Origin: Phoronis australis
Taxonomy: Eukaryota; Animalia; Phoronida
Direction of reading: 5' to 3'
Length of the DNA stretch: 64,000 nucleotides
Assembly: GCA_002633005.1 (NCBI GenBank)
Contig: NMRA01000651.1
Span: 56,096 to 120,095 of the forward strand
This document shows positions 60,715 to 64,000 of this stretch, piece by piece. A program made the position numbers and the translations under genes. The notes beneath the pieces are model-generated. The model worked only from the letters and a program-made list of their open reading frames with translations, had not been told where the DNA came from and ran no database searches. Each line of letters starts with the position of its first letter. Position 1 is the first letter of the stretch.

Positions 60715-61541
60715 CATAGGCGGATTTAGGGGGGAGCCCAGGGCACCCGCCCCCCCCCCCCCCTTGGCTGCAGCAAAAAATAAAACAGCAAGAGTGTAGG
60801 GAAATTTTGACTTTATTAATTGCACCGGTAATTAAAATTATACGGATGAAACAAGATTTAAATGTGTGCAGCTTTAGTGTTTGGGAGGAGGGGCTTAGAT
60901 CCAATTGCAAGTGTCGAATTCGGAACACGGCACATTCGTAACGGAACTATGGCTAAGTATAGACTCTCCCGCGATATCCCAGACGACCAGCAGTGGCGCT
61001 GCGCACTACGACTCTGTTTCCGTCGTATGCTCCAAAGCAATCCTGTCATTGCCAACACGAAAAATGGATTTGGTCTTTTGGGCATTTGAAGACTATTTTA
61101 AATACAACAAATTTGTTAAGAACCGATTGCACAAAATAGTAAACGTGTAATAAGCATTACAAAAAGAAGTAGGTTTCGCACGCAAACACTGTGGACCATA
61201 AACAAGTAGGTCTCTTAGTATAAGATTAATAGTGAAATCGTGGTGGTGTAGTGGTAAAGCACGCGGGCTCTATCCTCCAGGTTGTGAGTTCGAGTCTGTG
61301 TTACTCGCAGTTTTTCCTGTGTGATACGTTCTCCGTGTTTTTCTTGCCTTTTTTTCTTGGATAATTCTTCAGAAATCAAGGAAAATGCTCGATTTTTAAA
61401 GGAAAAAACAGAAAAATTTCCTGGGGGGAGGGGGGTTTGCCCCATTCGGTGCTATGCGCATCTACAATCATGGTTTGCGCAAATGCTTATAGCGGGACAA
61501 AATGTTGGGCCCCCCCTTGTGATATCCTAGAACCGCCACTT
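60715..61541. mobile_element. MITE of the CATAGGCGGAT..CCGCCACT family containing a tRNA-like A/B-box segment
   Basis: Termini cataggcggatttagg / cctagaaccgccactt, flanked by aataa on both sides (60710-60714, 61542-61546). Right end matches 5440-5478. Confidence 0.7.
61240..61305 (+). promoter_or_regulatory. tRNA-derived Pol III A/B-box segment (not a functional tRNA)
   Basis: TGGTGTAGTGGTAAAG at 61244-61259 and GAGTTCGAGTC at 61286-61296. Confidence 0.5.
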
Positions 61542-62219
61542 AATAAGCGAAGAACTCTCACCCCGTCATGGTGGTTTCTTAGTAGGTCTCTATGAAGCAC
61601 ACAACCGCAGCACATAGATTACGCCTACGCGGCGACGAACGGGTGTGCATAAAATACCAAGGTCGCCCCTTTGCTTAACTCAAATATCAGAAAATTATTC
61701 AGAATTGACATAGTTTCTTTGAATTCTCTCACTGCCGAATATTGAGCACTCAATCTAGTAGGCATTGACTGTAAACGCAGACTGCGGACGAATGCTCCTG
61801 AATAGTAATTTGGCTTGGAGAAAGAAGCGTGTTAGTCAGATCGACTGAAGCCACAACTTGGTGAGACAAAGATAAAAATCACGCCAAGGTTTTTCGGCCG
61901 CAGAACCGGGAACTGGCATGGGTGGGTGTCCTCGCAGCCGCTCTCCAGTTGCTTTTGTCCGACGGAGTCGAATGTCAACATATCGGGTTGGAAATAGGCG
62001 TTTTATTATATAGATTGCTGTCCACACCCGTAACATTATTCATGCACCAAGTATTGATGTTGCTTGGGACAAATTTAGTTGATTTCAATCATGTTGCAAA
62101 TGTTTATCGTCCATGTTTATACCTTTTAAAGTTATCTCAAACCTTATTTAGTGACCTTCATTCTAACTCATATATCAAAAAACCATGCTATGTCAACTGA
62201 ATTTACAGTGCGTAATTAA

Positions 62220-62876
62220 AGGAGAATGCCACCCGATATAATTAGTCTTTTTTACCGTCTTAATCAGTCTATATCCACATCACCTCTTGTACGGTCGACC
62301 TCGCCTTGCCGAGAGGTGTCGCGTTAACCTGTGAGGAAGGTGAGAAACGCCTCAGTGACGTCAGTGGTTCGTCTGCAGAGTGAATGTCGCTATATTGCAG
62401 TGCATCGTTCCCGCTTGTCCGAACTATGAAGCTGCGAAGAAAGCGGGTGTATCGTTTTTCTGACTTCTTCGAGAGCCCGGAATGCTTAGGAAGTGGCTCG
62501 CAATAGTGAAGAATGAAACGTACTACGCTATTAATAGCAAGTATGAGGCTGTGAAACATCTCCGTGTCTGTGGCCGGCATTTCGTCGACGGAGATTTCTC
62601 TGACGAATTCCGGCTTAGCAATGAACTATTCATACTTTCCGTTGCCTGTGCATGTTCATGGCGCCTCTCTAGTATTTCTTGATCAGTGTATTCCTGTTCG
62701 AACTGATAGCCTGTGAAACCTAACGATCCGACTCGTGAAGTCTTCGTCGGATGAGCTCTTGACTAAGTCGGGATTGGCGCCGGGCGAGTTGCCATGTAGA
62801 CGTTTATTATTCTGCGTTCTGTTTCAAAATGAATTATTCTCATCCTAACCAATGCTTGTATAAAACTGAAACAAAG
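62220..62876 (+). mobile_element. Truncated second copy of the Kolobok-like element
   Basis: ttaa|aggagaatgccacc, colinear with 8349-8990. ORF 62482-62682 RKWLAIVKN...HLRVCGRHFVDGDF keeps the THAP W...CxxHF signature. Confidence 0.82.
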
Positions 62877-63559
62877 GCATGACTTAAGATTTCCAGTCAT
62901 TGGGGATTCTGAAAATGGATTTGAGGTCATACTCAGAATGGTGGTTGAGTGTACTTGGAGTCACATGATGAAATGTCCCACTTTGAATATCATTTTACTA
63001 CTCTCAGGCGCCCCCTAGTGACAAATTGTCATTGCATCAGCTTTAACGTCTACCACTTTTTTGGTTGTCGTGAAATTTGACCTTCATGTTTGTAATGAGA
63101 GCACAGCTACTGCTAATTTTTGAATGTATCTGATTACCATGGAAATATTTGAAACCTGAGAAGCCATTATATTTTTGCCACTTGCAGTACACAGTGTGGG
63201 TGCATATCAATGCCTGCCCTGTGTTACTCTTGTGATAAAATGCAACTATTATGGAGATAATGAGAAGTCACAAATTGTGTGGAAATATCTAATGTTTTTT
63301 TAGTTATTGTAACATTTAAAATGAGAGTGGCCTCTTCAGTGTTAGCACTGCTATCCAAGAGGGCCCTCACCAACAGAATATAGTACAGTAACGATATAAT
63401 ACAATAAAGTTGTGTAACATTAATTAAGTACAGGTAACAAAGCAACAATTAAACTCAGTTTGAGAATTTAAATAAATGACAAAGGATGATGAAATTAGAC
63501 TAAGACATGAAATTGAATAAACAGGTGACACTAAATAGTGAGAATATTTACAATAATGA

Positions 63560-63800
63560 AAAATGACATACATTAAAAGAAGCACAGGTGTAAGAATGGG
63601 TAATTAAATTAAGTCACTTTTTAGTATCAAATGTGAAAGCATTAATTGAATCGGAACGTTTAATTTCTGGACTAAGAGAGCTCCATATTGTAGCAGCAGC
63701 ATAAAGAAAAGATCTCTTGCCAGTCTCGGTTTTAATTTTTTGAAATGAAACATTATCAACAATGGAAGAACGTGTAAAGTATACATGTTGACTGCTACTG
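63560..63800 (-). mobile_element. 3' fragment of an L2/CR1-group LINE
   Basis: KIKTETGKRSFLYAAATIWSSLSPEIK resembles the CR1/L2 ORF2 C-terminus (compare YGKRSFRFGAARVWNSL near 4070). Confidence 0.65.
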
Positions 63801-64000
63801 AATGTGTGGCTGAGATATGTTGTTAGCCAAGCCATTGACACATCTGTACATGCAACAGGCAGGCAGATATTTATTTCTTTGTTTTACTTTCATAAATCCA
63901 AGAATGGGGTGCAAGTCGTCGACCCGGGTATCCCAAATTCCAGTACTCTGGATGGTTCTGGCAGCTCTATTTTGGATTACCTGGACTTTGCTTACAAGCG

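Noticed and set aside
60858-61150. Short ORFs inside the 60715 MITE as a THAP or transposase remnant
   Set aside because: No C2CH or catalytic signature could be assembled.

Overview
Eukaryotic, AT-rich, repeat-dense animal DNA with two N gaps (23202-23834, 50865-51269). The repeat families and GPCR type suggest a lophotrochozoan such as a mollusc or annelid (inference). The + strand carries the first seven coding exons of CPSF2/CPSF100 (10269-18080; 972 nt, 324 codons, all GT-AG and phase-consistent). I found no later CPSF2 exon, so the remaining ~46 kb is probably one long intron. It contains an antisense NPY/sNPF/PrRP-family neuropeptide GPCR with an uninterrupted ORF (24538-25719, - strand). 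The rest is nested transposons (L2/CR1-like and RNase-H-bearing LINEs, Kolobok-like THAP elements, hAT-like and TA-target MITEs, Helentron/HINE-like elements, foldback MITEs) and many locally born minisatellites. The most notable observations: (1) two tandem arrays that multiply CPSF2 splice sites, with 10 decoy acceptors before exon 3 and 6 decoy donors after exon 7, all leading to a frameshift or stop; (2) a CCGTA/TA DNA transposon carrying a degenerate HIRAN-domain gene; (3) HINE-like repeats whose units each carry a CTCF-consensus motif, and DNA elements carrying Pol III A/B boxes; (4) a tRNA-containing LTR-like unit in CPSF2 intron 1; (5) a satellite built from whole head-to-tail MITEs. 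All coordinates and family calls were made by eye, without database searches.
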